This document shows, in pieces, positions 31,910 to 33,584 of a DNA stretch of 33,584 nucleotides. Under the pieces are notes generated by a model. It did no database searches, had not been told where the DNA came from, and saw nothing but the letters and a program-made list of their open reading frames with translations. Positions within the stretch are counted from its first letter, which is position 1. The number at the start of each line of letters is the position of its first letter. The position numbers and the translations under genes are program-made. Where the stretch lies: positions 1-33,584 of the forward strand of contig NIVC01004844.1 in the NCBI GenBank assembly GCA_002269645.1. The letters are read 5' to 3'. The DNA is from Macrostomum lignano (taxonomy: Eukaryota).

Positions 31910-33584
31910 CGTCTGTCTGTCTGCATGACCACATGTCCCAGTCTGCATGTCTATATGCCAGTGTCTGTCTGCCTGCATGTCTATATGTCAGTGTCTGTCT
32001 GCCTGCATGTCTATATGTCAGTGTCTGTCTGCCTGCATGTCTATATGTCAGTGTCTGTCTGCCTGCATGTCTGTATGTCAGTGTCTGTCTGTCTGCATGT
32101 CTATATGTCAGTGTCTGTCTGCCTGCATGTCTATATGTCAGTGTCTGTCTGCCTGCATGTCTATATGTCAGTGTCTGTCTGCCTGCCTGCATGTCTATAT
32201 GTCTAAATATCAGTGTCTGTCTGTCTGCCTGCATGTCTGCATGTCTAAATACCAGTGTCTGTCTGCCTGCATGTCTGCATGTCTAAATATCAGTGTCTGC
32301 ATGTCTGCATGTCTAAATATCAGTGTCTGCATGTCTGCATGTCTAAATACCAGTGTCTGTGCCTGCATGTCTGCATGTCTAAATATCAGTGTCTGCATGT
32401 CTGCATGTCTAAATATCAGTGTCTGCATGTCTGCATGTCTAAATATCAGTGTCTGCATGTCTGCCTGTCTAAATATCAGTGTCTGCATGTCTGCATGTCT
32501 AAATACCAGTGTCTGTCTGCCTGCATGTCTGCATGTCTAAATATCAGTGTCTGCATGTCTGCATGTCTAAATATCAGTGTCTGCATGTCTGCATGTCTAA
32601 ATATCAGTGTCTGCATGTCTGCCTGTCTAAATATCAGTGTCTGCATGTCTGCATGTCTAAATACCAGTGTCTGTCTGCCTGCATGTCTGCATGTCTAAAT
32701 ATCAGTGTCTGCATGTCTGCATGTCTAAATACCAGTGTCTGTGTGCCTGCATGTCTAAATATCAGTGTCTGCATGTCTGCATGTCTAAATATCAGTGTCT
32801 GCGTGTCTGCATGTCTAAATATCAGTGTCTGTCTGCCTGCATGTCTGCATGTCTAAATATCAGTGTCTGCATGTCTAAATATCAGTGTCTGTCTGCCTGT
32901 CTAAATATCAGTGTCTGCATGTCTGCATGTCTAAATATCAGTGTCTGCATGTCTGCATGTCTAAATATCAGTGTCTGCATGTCTGCATGTCTAAATATCA
33001 GTGTCTGTCTGCCTGTCTAAATATCAGTGTCTGCATGTCTGCAGTCTAAATATCAGTGTCTGCATGTCTGCATGTCTAAATACCAGTGTCTGTCTGCCTT
33101 GCATGTCTGCATGTCTAAATATCAGTGTCTGTCTGCCTGCATGTCTGCTTGTCTAAATACAGTGTCTGTCTGCTGTCTAAATATCAGTGTCTGCATGTCT
33201 GCATGTCTAAATTCAGTGTCTGCATGTCTGCATGTCTAAATGTCACAGTGTCTGTCTGTCTAACTATCTGCATGAATAAATGTCACAGTGTCTGTCTGTC
33301 TAACTGTCTAACTGTCTGTCTAACTATCTGCATGAATAAATGTCACAGTGTCTGTTCTCTAACTATTGCATGAATTAAATGTCACAGTGTCTGTCTAACT
33401 ATCTGCATGAATAAATGTCACAGTGTCTGTCTGTATAACTGTCTACTGTCTGTCTAACTATCTGCATGAATAAATGTCAGTAGTCTGTCCGTCTAACTGT
33501 CTAACCGTCTGTCTAACTATCTGCATGAATAAATGTCACAGTATGTCTGTCTGTCTAACTGTCTAACTGTCTGTCTAACTATCT
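31910..33584. repeat. Composite satellite running to the window end (30-bp unit A, 30-bp unit B, ~40-bp unit C)
   Basis: A = TGCATGTCTATATGTCAGTGTCTGTCTGCC (to ~32190); B = TGCATGTCTGCATGTCTAAATATCAGTGTC (to ~33240); C = CTAACTATCTGCATGAATAAATGTCACAGTGTCTGTCTGT (to end). Confidence 0.93.

Overview
Eukaryotic (metazoan) genomic DNA with GT-AG spliced genes, GC3-rich exons and AT-rich, repeat-packed introns. The style suggests an invertebrate such as a Macrostomum-like flatworm, but that is inference only. Genes reconstructed by hand: (1) an intronless 2OG-Fe(II)/prolyl-4-hydroxylase-like dioxygenase (6368-7144, -); (2) a six-exon, 493-aa nuclear hormone receptor (11720-15900, +) with an atypical P-box (CDSCKS) and a very divergent LBD-like region; (3) a secreted single Ig-like-domain protein (17600-18247, +); (4) an endonuclease III/NTHL1 gene (four exons seen, 23297-31696, -) with HhH, catalytic Lys/Asp and 4Fe-4S motifs. 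Weaker coding candidates are a PAN/apple-like exon (8230-8428, -), a small secreted Cys protein (21581-21838, +), a GC3-rich fragment nested antisense in an NTHL1 intron, and a possible DEAD-box-like relic. Mobile DNA: a complete hAT-type MITE with 15-bp TIRs and 8-bp TSD (4968-5603), a decayed Penelope-like RT (about 19.4-20.6 kb), a tRNA-headed CORE-type SINE (26576-26876), a 318-bp foldback and a pair of about 260-bp direct repeats. Roughly a third of the window is micro/minisatellite, and nearly every large intron holds its own distinct array. Most long ORFs in the supplied track are artefacts of these repeats. I found no CRISPR array, rRNA or intact tRNA, and I cannot support a wholly new multi-gene system. 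The best leads are the orphan receptor, the foldback/palindrome cluster, the exon-derived minisatellite, the Ig-like protein and the nested ORF.
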